Assembly: GCF_964000695.1 (NCBI RefSeq) | Contig: NZ_CAXEZH010000097.1 | Reading direction: 5' to 3' (one strand) | DNA length: 64,000 nt | Source: an uncultured Mycolicibacterium sp. | Lineage (GTDB): Bacteria; Actinomycetota; Actinomycetes; Mycobacteriales; Mycobacteriaceae | Shown: piece by piece, positions 1 through 9,402 of the stretch | How positions within the stretch are numbered: the stretch's first letter is position 1 | Layout of the letters: every line of letters begins with the position of its first letter | Translations under genes and position numbers: made by a program | The notes under the pieces: model-generated | The model's input: only the letters and a program-made list of their open reading frames with translations | What the model was told of the DNA's origin: nothing | Database searches by the model: none

Positions 1-239
1 GACAACTGTCGAAAGGGTGAGTGAACACCGGGTCCGTGGCGACGCAACGCGACCCCGCAACAGGTGGCGGGCACCCTGGTGTGCGGCTTCGACGAGAACA
101 CCTCCACGGTGGCCTGGACGACCGACTCTCAGCTCTTGCTGAGCGAGATCCAGTCGGGCCCGCAGGGTCCGAACATGGTGCAGCTCTACGCGTGGTGGTC
201 GTCGCACTCCTGACTCGGCCGCAGGGCGCAGGGAAACCG

Positions 240-1145
240 TCAGGCCGGGGGCGGCGCCACGACCGTTGTGGTGACCGGGGCTGCGGGGGCGGTCTGCTCG
301 CCTTCGGGCAGGGGCGTCCCCGAACTACCGGACGGTGCCTGCGCGGCAGAGGCGCCTTCGGGCAGCGGCGTTCCTGCGCTGCCGGCCGGTGCCGCCGGAT
401 CGGCAGCGGCCGGAACCGGCGCCGGAGTGGCTTCGCCGGGTAGCGGAGTACCCGAACTGCCTTCGGGCAGCGGGGTTCCTGAACTTCCTTCGGGCAGCGG
501 GGTGCCGGAGCTGCCCGCCGGTGCCGGCGTCATCGTCGCCTCCGCGGCCTCCGGTGCAGCGTCGGCGGTGTCGCCTTCGGTGGCCGGGCTTTCCGTGGCG
601 GCAGGTTCGGCGGGTGCGGTGTAGGTACCTGTCGGGGCCGAGGTTCCACCGGTGGAGCCGGTCGCGGGCGGGGCGGGCGGCGCCTCGACCCACACCAGCA
701 TGTCGGTGCCGCCGGCGTTGTAGACAACGCTGTCGGGCGCATCGCCCGTGACGTCGAAATAGACCTTGCCTGTTGTGGATTCGCCTTCAGCCAACGTTGC
801 GGGGTTGACTCCCTGCGCGGTGGCGACACCGAACAGCACCCGATAGGTCTGTCCGCTCTCGGCGCGCGCGTTCAGGTTCGCCACGATCGGGATGACGTTG
901 CCCGAGATGGCCTCGTCGGTGGCGGTGGCCTCCCACAGCGTCCCGGCAACGGGGTAGGGGATCGTGTCGGTGCTGGGCTTCAGGCCGGAGACCGTCCAGC
1001 CCTGCACGACGTCACCGTTGACCAGTTCGCCCTGCTCGCCGAGATATTGCATGTCTGCGTCAGCGGCGGCGATCGGCGCGCCCGCAAGACCGACAGTCGC
1101 GGCGGTTGCGGTGGTGATTGCCGCCAGCACGGGCTTGATCTTCAC
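240..1145 (-). CDS. secreted MPT63/MPB63-like (DUF1942-type) protein with C-terminal Pro/Ala/Gly-rich repeat tail
   Basis: Inner part of ORF 240..1457. GTG at 1145 lies 6 nt after AGGAGGA. Signal peptide VKIKPVLAAITTATAATVGLAGAPIAAADA. Core VVQGWTVSGLKPSTDTIPYPVAGTLWEATAT...YRVLF...GKVYFDVTG aligns by eye with remembered MPT63 (Rv1926c). Tail carries GSSGTPLPE repeats. Confidence 0.8.
   Translation of the reverse strand: MKIKPVLAAITTATAATVGLAGAPIAAADADMQYLGEQGELVNGDVVQGWTVSGLKPSTDTIPYPVAGTLWEATATDEAISGNVIPIVANLNARAESGQTYRVLFGVATAQGVNPATLAEGESTTGKVYFDVTGDAPDSVVYNAGGTDMLVWVEAPPAPPATGSTGGTSAPTGTYTAPAEPAATESPATEGDTADAAPEAAEATMTPAPAGSSGTPLPEGSSGTPLPEGSSGTPLPGEATPAPVPAAADPAAPAGSAGTPLPEGASAAQAPSGSSGTPLPEGEQTAPAAPVTTTVVAPPPA
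438..518 (-). repeat. three tandem 27-bp coding repeats (GSSGTPLPE units) inside the MPT63-like gene
   Basis: Units 438..464, 465..491 and 492..518 (gggYagcggRgt.cc.ga.ct.cc..c). Degenerate extra copies near 303..331 and 357..385. Confidence 0.75.
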
Positions 1146-1734
1146 GTCATGTCCTCCTGTTTTCGTGACATCGAGCAGCGAGGTGGTCCCCCCGCGAGCA
1201 AGGTAGCAGGCGCTCACGCTGAGCAAGCACGCCTCTGCCCCTTCCCGCGCACAACGTGCATGCCGCTGAGAAATAGCCGGAAACGCGGACGGCGGTCGCA
1301 CTTGAGGTCGATGATGCTTTTCAGGCATGATCCGCGCCAATTCCGTTTTGTTTGCCGACAGCTTCTGCAGTGGTGAATAACCACACGTGGCGGGCCGCGC
1401 CCCAGACAGCAAATGAAAATGGCTTTGGATGCAAATCCTGCCGGCGGAAATATCCACGGGGGTATTTTTCTCGACCCCTGGTGCCGAGTTGCCCTGGTCG
1501 TCAGCGTTCCCGCCTTCGGGTCAGGCGGATGCAGGGGCATTACCCCGGTTCATCAGCGAGTTGTCTGAACCGTGAGTTCACTTACCGGATGCCCGCGCGT
1601 CAGAAACCTGCGTTGACGTGCGCACTCTCTTCGCGCCCGGACCGGCCGAAAGCCTTGACTAGGCAAAGATTGGGAAACGCTTGACACGGATATCAGCAAA
1701 GCCATAAATTCTGATCACATCTTTGTAAAGATGC

Positions 1735-1771
1735 AGGTGCTGCCGCCGAAATGGGGAGACGGGCAGCACCT
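1735..1771 (+). promoter_or_regulatory. leader stem-loop upstream of the glycine-rich gene
   Basis: Perfect 10-bp stem AGGTGCTGCC (1735..1744) / GGCAGCACCT (1762..1771) with a 17-nt loop, ending 24 nt before the ATG at 1795. Function unknown. Confidence 0.35.
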
Positions 1772-1794
1772 CGAAACTTGTATAGGGGGTTTCC

Positions 1795-3234
1795 ATGGCC
1801 AAGCATGCCAAAAACCGTGCGCGTCCGGCCGCGATCCGCGCCTACCTGACCGCCGGAGTCACCGGTGCCGCGTTCGCGGGCCTCGGCGCGTTCCTCGCGG
1901 TTCAGGACGCCACTCCGGCGACGACGCAGTACGACATCAAGCTGGTGTCGAACGAGGAAGACACGCTCTTCCTCTCGCTCAACGGCGGCAGTGATCGCCG
2001 CGATCGCGAGCAGCGTGCGCTCGCGGCCCAGGAGGTGACCGACGCGAACCCGGCGCTGCGACCGATGTTCGGCGACGGCGGCTGGCTCATCGGCAACGGT
2101 CTGGACGCGGTGGAAGGCTGCGAAGGCGCGGCCTGCAACGGCGGCAACGGCGGCCTGCTCGGCGGCGACGGCGGTAACGGCCTGCACGGCGGCAAGGGCG
2201 GTGACGCCGGGTGGTGGTTCGGCAACGGTGGCCACGGCGGTGACGGCTTCGCGAGCGAGGGCTATGCGGCCTCTGCTGGTGGCGACGGCGGCAGCGGCGG
2301 CTACTTCTTCGGCTTCGGCGGTGACGGAGGTGACGCCGGTGACGGTGCTGTCAAGTCCTCGTCCGGCGTGTACGTCGGGTACTCCGGTGGTGACGGTGGT
2401 CGCGGCGGCGCCGGCTTCGGAACCGGTGGTAACGGTGGTGCCGGCGGCAGTTACACCAACACCAGGGACATCGCCGACAACCCGGACACCGAGATCGACG
2501 AGTCACTGCAGAACGATGTGATCGGCGGCGCGGGCGGCGACGGCGGTGCGGCCGGCGGATTCGTCGGCACTGACGGCCACGGCGGCGCCGGCGGTGACGC
2601 CGTCTCGGAGAACGGCAGTGCCGTCGGAGGACTGGGTGGTGACGGCGGTGGCACCGGCACCATGACCGGCGGCCTCGGCGGTAACGGCGGCGACGGTGGT
2701 GACGCCGAGGCCAATGCCGACGGTGAGACCGCGACCGGTGGCGCCGGCGGTGCCGGTGGATGGACCGGTACCGGTAACGGCGGACTCGGCGGCAACGGCG
2801 GTAACGCGGTCGGAAACGGGGGCGCCGACGCCGTCGGCGGTGACGGCGGCGAGGGCGGCGGATCCCGCGTCGGCAACGCGGGTGAGGGCGGCAACGGCGG
2901 TGACGCGCTCAGCACCGACGGCGAAGCGACCGGCGGGCGTGGCGGCGACGGCGGACACACCTGGGTGTTCGGTGAAGGCGGCGGCGACGGTGGCAACGGC
3001 GGCAACGCCGAGGCCGAGGACGACGCCACCGGCGGCGACGGCGGTGACGGCGGCAACGGCGGACTCTTCGGCTACCCCGGTGACGGTGGCGACGGCGGCA
3101 ACGCCGACTCGACCAACGGCACCGCTACCCCTGGCTCCGGGGGCGCGGGCGGCGTCGGCGGCGAAGACGGTGAGTCGGGGGAGACCGGCGACAGCGACAG
3201 CGACAGTGACGGTGACGGCGGCGACAGCGCCTGA
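1795..3234 (+). CDS. PGRS-like glycine-rich repeat protein with a basic/hydrophobic N-terminal anchor and no PE domain
   Basis: 479-aa ORF. N-terminus MAKHAKNRARPAAIRAYLTAGVTGAAFAGLGAFLAV. From about residue 95 there are continuous GGxGGxGG(N/D)GG repeats, including GGWLIGNG and GWWFGNGGHGGDG. Acidic tail GDSDSDSDGDGGDSA. Strong G/C third-position bias in this frame. Confidence 0.75.
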   Translation: MAKHAKNRARPAAIRAYLTAGVTGAAFAGLGAFLAVQDATPATTQYDIKLVSNEEDTLFLSLNGGSDRRDREQRALAAQEVTDANPALRPMFGDGGWLIGNGLDAVEGCEGAACNGGNGGLLGGDGGNGLHGGKGGDAGWWFGNGGHGGDGFASEGYAASAGGDGGSGGYFFGFGGDGGDAGDGAVKSSSGVYVGYSGGDGGRGGAGFGTGGNGGAGGSYTNTRDIADNPDTEIDESLQNDVIGGAGGDGGAAGGFVGTDGHGGAGGDAVSENGSAVGGLGGDGGGTGTMTGGLGGNGGDGGDAEANADGETATGGAGGAGGWTGTGNGGLGGNGGNAVGNGGADAVGGDGGEGGGSRVGNAGEGGNGGDALSTDGEATGGRGGDGGHTWVFGEGGGDGGNGGNAEAEDDATGGDGGDGGNGGLFGYPGDGGDGGNADSTNGTATPGSGGAGGVGGEDGESGETGDSDSDSDGDGGDSA

Positions 3235-3261
3235 CCACCAGCGGCACTGACGACGACAGGA

Positions 3262-3293
3262 AGAGCGCCGGCCACAGCTGTGGCCGGCGCTCT
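3262..3293 (+). terminator. perfect 32-nt palindrome (16-bp stem) downstream of the glycine-rich gene
   Basis: AGAGCGCCGGCCACAG/CTGTGGCCGGCGCTCT, 28 nt after the stop at 3234. No U-tract, as is common for mycobacterial hairpin terminators. Confidence 0.6.
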
Positions 3294-3359
3294 CTCCGCT
3301 GTCAAAGACGTTGTTGGCACCGGACTTTGACGCTACTCACGTGAGGCTATGATCGCCCA

Positions 3360-3866
3360 ATGTCGGAAACCTCTGCACTCCGCCCCGATCGGCTCGTCGT
3401 GGTGGCCCTCGTCGTCGCGGTCGGCGCACTGGCCGTGGCGATCTGGGCGCTGCTCAGCACCCCGCCCGCGGGCGAGGCGACCTCCGCGAGCGGCGACGAG
3501 GCCTCGTCCGGTGGCGAGGACTCCTCCGAAGAGGCCGGCGCCCGCGTCTGCGGCGCCTTCGACACCGTGCGCAACGCGGTATCCCTGCAAACCAACGCTG
3601 ATCTCGGCGCGGACCCGGTAGCCGTGCAGGCGGTCGCGGCGAACGCCCGACTGGCAACCCTCGGCGGCGGGCAGTATCTGTTGACGCAGCTGAGCGATGC
3701 GACGCCGAGCGATCTGTCCGAATCCGTGCGTTCGTTCGCGAACACCTTGCAGAACATCGGTATCGGCCAATTGGCCGGCTCGCCGGCCAATGACCCCGCT
3801 CAGGTCGAACGCCTCAACGCCGCTCAGGACGACGCGGCGCGCATCTCCGAACTGTGTCAGCAGTGA
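3360..3866 (+). CDS. hypothetical membrane-anchored/secreted protein
   Basis: 168-aa ORF. Hydrophobic helix LVVVALVVAVGALAVAIWALL, a Ser/Glu-rich linker, then an Ala-rich domain bracketed by two Cys (VCGAF...ELCQQ). No family recognised. Confidence 0.6.
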   Translation: MSETSALRPDRLVVVALVVAVGALAVAIWALLSTPPAGEATSASGDEASSGGEDSSEEAGARVCGAFDTVRNAVSLQTNADLGADPVAVQAVAANARLATLGGGQYLLTQLSDATPSDLSESVRSFANTLQNIGIGQLAGSPANDPAQVERLNAAQDDAARISELCQQ

Positions 3867-3870
3867 GGGG

Positions 3871-4731
3871 TCAGGCGGGTACGAACTCCACGCCCGCCAA
3901 CGCGACCGCGTCGTCACGGTCCGGCGCAGTCACCACCGCCGCGTAGGAGTCGTCGGACTTCCACACACGCACCTTCAGTGTCTCGCCGGGGAAAACGACC
4001 CCGGCCATCCTGGCGCCGAAGGATTTCAGTCGGCTGACATCTCCGTCGAGCAGGTTGTCCACCAAGGCTTTGCACGTCATGCCGTAGGTGCACAGGCCGT
4101 GCAGGATGGGGCGGGGAAACCCGGCAGCGGCGGCGAAGTCCGGGTCGGAGTGCAGCGGGTTGCGGTCCCCGCACATCCGGTAGAGCAGAGCCTGTGACGG
4201 CGAAGTCGGTACCGACAGCTCGAAGTCGGGGGCTCGGTCCGGGGCGGCCTGGCTTGTGGACGGTCCGCGGTCGCCGCCGAACCCGCCCTCACCGCGGGCG
4301 AAGATGGACCGTTTCTGCTTCCACAGCAGTGTGCCGGTCGGATCGTTGACGGTCGTTTCGGACCAGATCACCGCCGCCTTGGCCTTGTCCCAGATCTCGG
4401 TGAAACGGGTGACGGCGACTCCGGTGCCGGCCGGCGGTATCGGGCCGGGTACCTCGACCGCCTCACTGGCGTGCAGCACCTTCGACAGCTCGATGTCGAT
4501 GCCGGGAAACTTCACCGCAGGCGGCTCGGTCATGTGGAAGCTCTGGGCGACGTTGCCGAACGTGGGTAGCACCTGCGGTGTGTCGTCGGTCAGATAGCGC
4601 AGCTCCTGCTTGTCCATCGGGTCGGCGCCGGCGCCCAGACCCAGGTGATAGAGCTGGATATCGCTACTGTTCCACGAGAATTCGACCGGTTCGAGCTCGG
4701 CGCCGATCGCCTCGTCGAGGTTGATGGGCAT
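3871..4731 (-). CDS. hsd4B: MaoC-like (R)-specific enoyl-CoA hydratase of the steroid side-chain pathway
   Basis: 286 aa, the same length as remembered Rv3538. Hot-dog/MaoC-type sequence (GDRNPLHSDPDFAAAAGF). Starts 3 nt after the kstD stop. Cluster position matches. Confidence 0.85.
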   Translation of the reverse strand: MPINLDEAIGAELEPVEFSWNSSDIQLYHLGLGAGADPMDKQELRYLTDDTPQVLPTFGNVAQSFHMTEPPAVKFPGIDIELSKVLHASEAVEVPGPIPPAGTGVAVTRFTEIWDKAKAAVIWSETTVNDPTGTLLWKQKRSIFARGEGGFGGDRGPSTSQAAPDRAPDFELSVPTSPSQALLYRMCGDRNPLHSDPDFAAAAGFPRPILHGLCTYGMTCKALVDNLLDGDVSRLKSFGARMAGVVFPGETLKVRVWKSDDSYAAVVTAPDRDDAVALAGVEFVPA

Positions 4732-4734
4732 TGC

Positions 4735-6429
4735 TCAGTCCTTCCGGTGCCCGGTCGCGGCGATGTGCAGCGCCGCGAGATAGCCGAACGTCATGGCCGG
4801 CCCGATGGTTCCGCCCGGTCCGGGGTAGGTGTGGCCCATCACCGGCGCGCTGACGTTGCCCGCAGCATAGAGGCCCTCGATCACCGAGCCGTCGTCGCGC
4901 AGTGCCCGGCCGTCGTTGTCGGTGACCACCCCGCCCTTGGTGCCGAGGTCACCGGGGACCATCTTCGCCGCGTAGAACGGGCCTTGGCTGATCTCGCCGA
5001 GATTGGGGTTCGGCTTGTTCGTCGGGTCACCGTAGTATCGGTCGTAGGCGCTTTCGCCCCGCTTGAAGTCCCGATCGACGCCGTCGCGGGCGAAGCCGTT
5101 GAAACGCTCCACCGTGGCGGTGAGTTGGGCGGCAGGCAGGCCGGTCTTGGCGGCGAGGTCATCCAGGGTGTCGGCCTTGACGATGACGCCGGATTCCATC
5201 CACTTCGACGGGATCCGCTGTCCCGGCTGAAGACCGGCGAAGATGTATCGGTCGCGATACCGCTGGTCGAACACCAGCCAAGCCGGGATGTTCTCTCCGG
5301 GCCCGGGGCCCTGTCCGTACTGCCCGCCGTACATGTGGTGGCACGCCTCGACATAGGGCATCGACTCGTTCATGAAGCGCTTACCGGCCATGTTGACGAT
5401 GATCGATCCCGGCGAGTTGCGTTCGGACAACGCGAACCAGGGTGCACCGACCAGGGGCACCGTAGGGCCCCACCAGGCGTCCTCCATCACATCCAGTGCG
5501 GCACCGAGCTTTTCGGCCGCCAGGATTCCATCGCCGGTATTGGCCACCGCTCCGACCGTCCACTCGGTGGTGATCGGGGCGCGCTGGTACTTGACCCGCA
5601 TCTGCTCGTTGTGTTCGAACCCGCCGCTGCCCAGGATCACGCCGCGCCGCGCCCGGATGAGTTGTGGGTCCGCTGTTTCGGGCCCCTGGGTGTCGCGCAC
5701 CAGAATGCCGGCGACGACACCGTCTTCGATATACAGGTCGGTCATTGCGGTGTTCAGCAGCACCGGCACTCCCGCGTCACGCAACCCGATGCGCAGCGGG
5801 GCGATGAGGGCACGGCCCATCCCGACGAGGTTCTTGCCCGTGGCCTGGGCCCACATCGTGCGGGCGCCCACCTTGAGACTGCGCAACACGCCGCGGGGGT
5901 GGCGCTTGAGCTGGTTCAGCCGGACATAGTCCTGCTGCATCACCACCACGTTGAGTGGCACCTTGCCGTACGGGGGTTCGAGGCCCTTGAGGTCCGGGCC
6001 GAGCTTCTTGGCGTCGAACGGCTTGGGTTCGACCGACCGCCCGGAGGCCTTGCCTCCCGGAGTTTCGGGGTAGTAGTCGGAGTAGTTGGGAACCCAGCAC
6101 AGCTTCAGCGGGGAGTGCCGCAGGACGAACGACAGCATCTCCGGCCCGCGCTTGAGGTAGGTGTCGATCTTGTCGGCCGGCACCACGTCTCCGATGATCG
6201 TGTGCAGGTAGGTGCGGGCCGCCTCGGTGGTGTCCTTGACGCCATCGCGCTGCAGGACCTCGTTGTTGGGGATCCACACGCCGCCGCCTGACCGCGCAGT
6301 GGAACCACCGTAGTGCGGGGCCTTCTCAACGACTACTGTCGAGAGTCCCTGGTGGGCGGCGGTGAGTGCGGCGACCATGCCGGCGGCGCCGCTCCCGACC
6401 ACGACGACGTCATACACCTGTTCGGTCAT
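4735..6429 (-). CDS. kstD: 3-ketosteroid delta1-dehydrogenase
   Basis: FAD fold DVVVVGSGAAGMVAALTAA and GGSTARSGGGVW. About 563 aa, like Rv3537. ATG 6429 (MTEQ...) chosen. The alternative GTG at 6438 lies inside the KstR operator 6431..6444. Confidence 0.92.
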   Translation of the reverse strand: MTEQVYDVVVVGSGAAGMVAALTAAHQGLSTVVVEKAPHYGGSTARSGGGVWIPNNEVLQRDGVKDTTEAARTYLHTIIGDVVPADKIDTYLKRGPEMLSFVLRHSPLKLCWVPNYSDYYPETPGGKASGRSVEPKPFDAKKLGPDLKGLEPPYGKVPLNVVVMQQDYVRLNQLKRHPRGVLRSLKVGARTMWAQATGKNLVGMGRALIAPLRIGLRDAGVPVLLNTAMTDLYIEDGVVAGILVRDTQGPETADPQLIRARRGVILGSGGFEHNEQMRVKYQRAPITTEWTVGAVANTGDGILAAEKLGAALDVMEDAWWGPTVPLVGAPWFALSERNSPGSIIVNMAGKRFMNESMPYVEACHHMYGGQYGQGPGPGENIPAWLVFDQRYRDRYIFAGLQPGQRIPSKWMESGVIVKADTLDDLAAKTGLPAAQLTATVERFNGFARDGVDRDFKRGESAYDRYYGDPTNKPNPNLGEISQGPFYAAKMVPGDLGTKGGVVTDNDGRALRDDGSVIEGLYAAGNVSAPVMGHTYPGPGGTIGPAMTFGYLAALHIAATGHRKD

Positions 6430-6430
6430 G

Positions 6431-6444
6431 TAGAACACGTTATA
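6431..6444. promoter_or_regulatory. KstR-type operator TAGAACACGTTATA (kstD / hsaE divergent region)
   Basis: Matches the published KstR motif TnnAACnnGTTnnA. Located between divergent steroid genes. Confidence 0.8.
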
Positions 6445-6501
6445 GAATTGCCCGGCCAGCTAACAACTGGCCCGGTCAGAAAAACGAGGGGAATTCATCT
6501 G

Positions 6502-7287
6502 ATGCTCCGTGACGAGGTTCGGGAACGACTCGCCGCCGATCTCGCGCAGGCGGAACGCAGCAGGGTTCCGATCTCGCCGTTGACCGATGGTCAGCCCGAT
6601 ATCGATGTGGTGGATGCCTACGAGATCCAGTTGATCAACATCCGGCAGCGGGTGGCTGAGGGGGCTCGGGTGATCGGGCACAAGGTGGGCCTGTCGTCGG
6701 AGGCGATGCAGAAGATGATGAATGTCGACGAGCCTGATTACGGGCATCTGCTCGACGACATGCAGGTCTTCGAGGACCGGCCGGTGAAGAGTGCCAACTA
6801 CCTGTATCCGCGGGTGGAGGTCGAGGTGGGATTCATCCTGGCCGACGATCTGCCTGGAGCCGGGTGTACTGAGGATGACGTGCTGGCTGCCACGGCGGCT
6901 TTCGCCCCGGCGATCGAGCTGATCGACACGCGTATCACGAATTGGCAGATCAAACTGTGCGACACCATCGCCGACAACGCCTCGTCGGCCGGCTGGGTGC
7001 TCGGTGAGGCCCGGGTCTCACCCAAGGATGTCGACATCAAGGCCATCGACGCGGTTCTGACGAATGACGGGGAGGTCGTCGCTGAGGGGCGCAGTGACGC
7101 GGTGCTGGGCAATCCGGTCACCGCGGTGGCCTGGTTGGCCCGCAAGGTGGAGAGCTTCGGGGTGCGGTTACGGGCCGGCGACATCGTGTTGCCGGGTTCG
7201 TGCACCCGTGCGATAGATGCCCCGCCGGGCAGCCACTTCGTGGCTGAGTTCAGCGGGTTGGGTTCAGTACAACTGAGTTTCGAATAA
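6502..7287 (+). CDS. hsaE: 2-hydroxypenta-2,4-dienoate (2-hydroxyhexadienoate) hydratase
   Basis: ATG 6502 follows GAGGGG. 261 aa, as remembered for Rv3536c. MhpD-type hydratase sequence. Followed by hsaG and hsaF. Confidence 0.9.
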   Translation: MLRDEVRERLAADLAQAERSRVPISPLTDGQPDIDVVDAYEIQLINIRQRVAEGARVIGHKVGLSSEAMQKMMNVDEPDYGHLLDDMQVFEDRPVKSANYLYPRVEVEVGFILADDLPGAGCTEDDVLAATAAFAPAIELIDTRITNWQIKLCDTIADNASSAGWVLGEARVSPKDVDIKAIDAVLTNDGEVVAEGRSDAVLGNPVTAVAWLARKVESFGVRLRAGDIVLPGSCTRAIDAPPGSHFVAEFSGLGSVQLSFE

Positions 7288-7297
7288 GGAGCCGCTC

Positions 7298-8215
7298 ATG
7301 GCTGACAAGAAGTCTGTGGCGATCGTGGGGTCGGGCAACATCAGCACCGACCTGCTGTACAAGCTGCTGCGTTCGGAGTGGTTGGAGCCGCGCTGGATGA
7401 TCGGCATCGATCCGGAGAGCGAGGGTCTGGCCCGGGCCCGCAAGCTGGGACTGGAGACCTCGCACGAGGGCGTCGACTGGCTGCTGGCCCGCGACGAGAT
7501 GCCCGACATGGTGTTCGAGGCCACCAGCGCCTACGTCCATCGTGCCGCGGCGCCGCGCTACGCCGAGGCCGGGATCCGGGCGATCGATCTGACCCCCGCG
7601 GCGGTGGGTCCGGGGGTGATCCCACCGGCGAATCTGCGCCAGCACCTGGATGCGCCCAACGTCAACATGGTCACCTGCGGCGGGCAGGCCACGATCCCGA
7701 TCGTGCACGCCGTGAGCCGTGTGGTGGAGGTGCCCTACGGCGAGATCGTCGCGTCGGTGTCCTCGGCCTCGGCCGGTCCCGGCACCCGCGCCAACATTGA
7801 CGAGTTCACAAAGACGACCAGTGCGGGGGTGCAGAACATCGGCGGCGCCAGGCGGGGCAAGGCCATCATCATCCTCAACCCGGCCGATCCTCCGATGATC
7901 ATGCGCGACACCATCTTTTGCGCGATCCCCGAGGACGCCGACCGCGACGCGATCGCCCAATCCATCCGCGACGTCGTCGCCGAGGTGCAGACCTACGTGC
8001 CCGGTTACCGCCTGCTCAACGATCCGCAGTTCGACGATCCGTCGATGAACTCCGGTGGCCAGGCGGTGGTCACCACATTCATCGAAGTGGAGGGTGCGGG
8101 CGACTATCTGCCGCCCTACGCTGGAAACCTGGACATCATGACCGCGGCCGCCACCAAAGTGGGCGAGGAGGTCGCCAAAGAGGTCCTCGCCGCGACGACG
8201 GGAGGTCACGCGTGA
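7298..8215 (+). CDS. hsaG: acetaldehyde/propionaldehyde dehydrogenase (acylating)
   Basis: AAGGAG RBS. NAD-binding [14 protein letters not shown]. DmpF/MhpF-like. About 303 aa, like Rv3535c. Confidence 0.92.
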   Translation: MADKKSVAIVGSGNISTDLLYKLLRSEWLEPRWMIGIDPESEGLARARKLGLETSHEGVDWLLARDEMPDMVFEATSAYVHRAAAPRYAEAGIRAIDLTPAAVGPGVIPPANLRQHLDAPNVNMVTCGGQATIPIVHAVSRVVEVPYGEIVASVSSASAGPGTRANIDEFTKTTSAGVQNIGGARRGKAIIILNPADPPMIMRDTIFCAIPEDADRDAIAQSIRDVVAEVQTYVPGYRLLNDPQFDDPSMNSGGQAVVTTFIEVEGAGDYLPPYAGNLDIMTAAATKVGEEVAKEVLAATTGGHA

Positions 8216-9264
8216 GCACGCAGGACATCTACTTCGATCCCATGTGGGACATCCGGATGACCGACACGTCGCTGCGCGACGGGTCCCATCACAAGCGCCA
8301 CCAGTTCACCAAGGACGAGGTCGGTGCGATCGTCGCCGCCCTCGACGCCGCGGGCGTCCCCGTCATCGAGGTCACCCACGGTGACGGTTTGGGCGGGTCG
8401 AGCTTCAACTACGGGTTCTCCAAGACCCCGGAGCAGGAGCTGATCAAGCTGGCCGCAGAGACGGCCAAGGAATCGAAGATCGCCTTCTTGATGCTGCCCG
8501 GGGTGGGCACCAAGGAGGACATCAAGGAAGCCCAGAACAACGGCGGGTCGATCTGTCGCATCGCGACCCACTGCACCGAGGCTGACGTGTCGATCCAGCA
8601 TTTCGGGCTCGCCCGCGAGCTCGGCCTGGAGACGGTCGGCTTTCTGATGATGAGCCACACCATCCCCCCGGAGAAGCTGGCGGCCCAGGCCCGCATCATG
8701 GCCGATGCGGGGTGCCAGTGCGTCTATGTCGTCGATTCGGCGGGCGCGCTGGTGCTCGAGGGGGTCCGCGACCGGGTGGCCGCGCTGGTGGCCGAGCTCG
8801 GCGACGACGCCCAGGTCGGTTTCCATGGCCACGAGAATCTCGGTCTCGGGGTGGCGAACTCGATCGAGGCGGTGCGTGCCGGCGCCAAGCAGATCGACGG
8901 TTCATGCCGCCGGTTCGGTGCCGGCGCCGGTAACGCCCCTGTCGAGGCGTTGATCGGGGTGTTCGACAAGATCGGTGTCAAGACCGGTATCGACTTCTTC
9001 GACATCGCCGATGCCGCCGAGGAGGTCGTCGCTCCGGCGATGCCCGCCGAGTGCCTGCTGGACCGCAACGCGCTGATCATGGGGTATTCGGGGGTGTACT
9101 CGAGCTTCCTCAAGCACGCCATCCGCCAGTCGGAGCGCTACGGGGTGCCCGCCCACCAGCTGCTGCACCGTGCGGGGCAGCGCAAACTCATCGGCGGCCA
9201 GGAAGACCAGCTGATCGACATCGCACTGGAGATCAAACGTGAGATGGACTCGGCGTCGGCCTGA
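8212..9264 (+). CDS. hsaF: 4-hydroxy-2-oxovalerate (4-hydroxy-2-oxohexanoate) aldolase
   Basis: GTG 8212 overlaps the hsaG stop (GTGA). DmpG-type N-terminus [11 protein letters not shown]. About 350 aa. The upstream part of ORF 7918.. overlaps hsaG and was rejected. Confidence 0.92.
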   Translation: MSTQDIYFDPMWDIRMTDTSLRDGSHHKRHQFTKDEVGAIVAALDAAGVPVIEVTHGDGLGGSSFNYGFSKTPEQELIKLAAETAKESKIAFLMLPGVGTKEDIKEAQNNGGSICRIATHCTEADVSIQHFGLARELGLETVGFLMMSHTIPPEKLAAQARIMADAGCQCVYVVDSAGALVLEGVRDRVAALVAELGDDAQVGFHGHENLGLGVANSIEAVRAGAKQIDGSCRRFGAGAGNAPVEALIGVFDKIGVKTGIDFFDIADAAEEVVAPAMPAECLLDRNALIMGYSGVYSSFLKHAIRQSERYGVPAHQLLHRAGQRKLIGGQEDQLIDIALEIKREMDSASA

Positions 9265-9402
9265 CCGGCCACGCTAACCCTCCAGCCGCAGCGGCTCGTT
9301 CGCCCGGTGTGACGATTCCCGACTGGTGTTCCAGCTGAGCGGATACGCTGACGCGTGCGACCGACCGGTCGTCGACAACGTCGTCGATAGTGGGGGATTT
9401 TC

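Noticed and set aside
1-213. Possible 3' end of a plus-strand gene (…VAGTLVCGFDENTSTVAWTTDSQLLLSEIQSGPQGPNMVQLYAWWSSHS, stop at 211..213)
   Set aside because: An in-frame TGA at 22..24 limits the ORF to about 50 codons from GTG 61. It looks like the tail of a larger extracytoplasmic domain, but I cannot name the family or tell whether it is a fragment, a pseudogene or a small gene.
2100-3200. Strong short-period repetition (GGC-GGC-RRC) that might suggest a CRISPR array or satellite
   Set aside because: The periodicity is codon-level Gly repetition inside one long ORF. There is no repeat-spacer organisation and no cas genes.
4645-6291. 548-aa plus-strand ORF
   Set aside because: It is antisense to kstD and has no recognisable motifs. 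High-GC shadow ORF.
7918-8211. Upstream extension of the hsaF ORF
   Set aside because: It overlaps hsaG in another frame with an Arg-rich translation. GTG 8212, coupled to the hsaG stop, gives the expected DmpG-type N-terminus.
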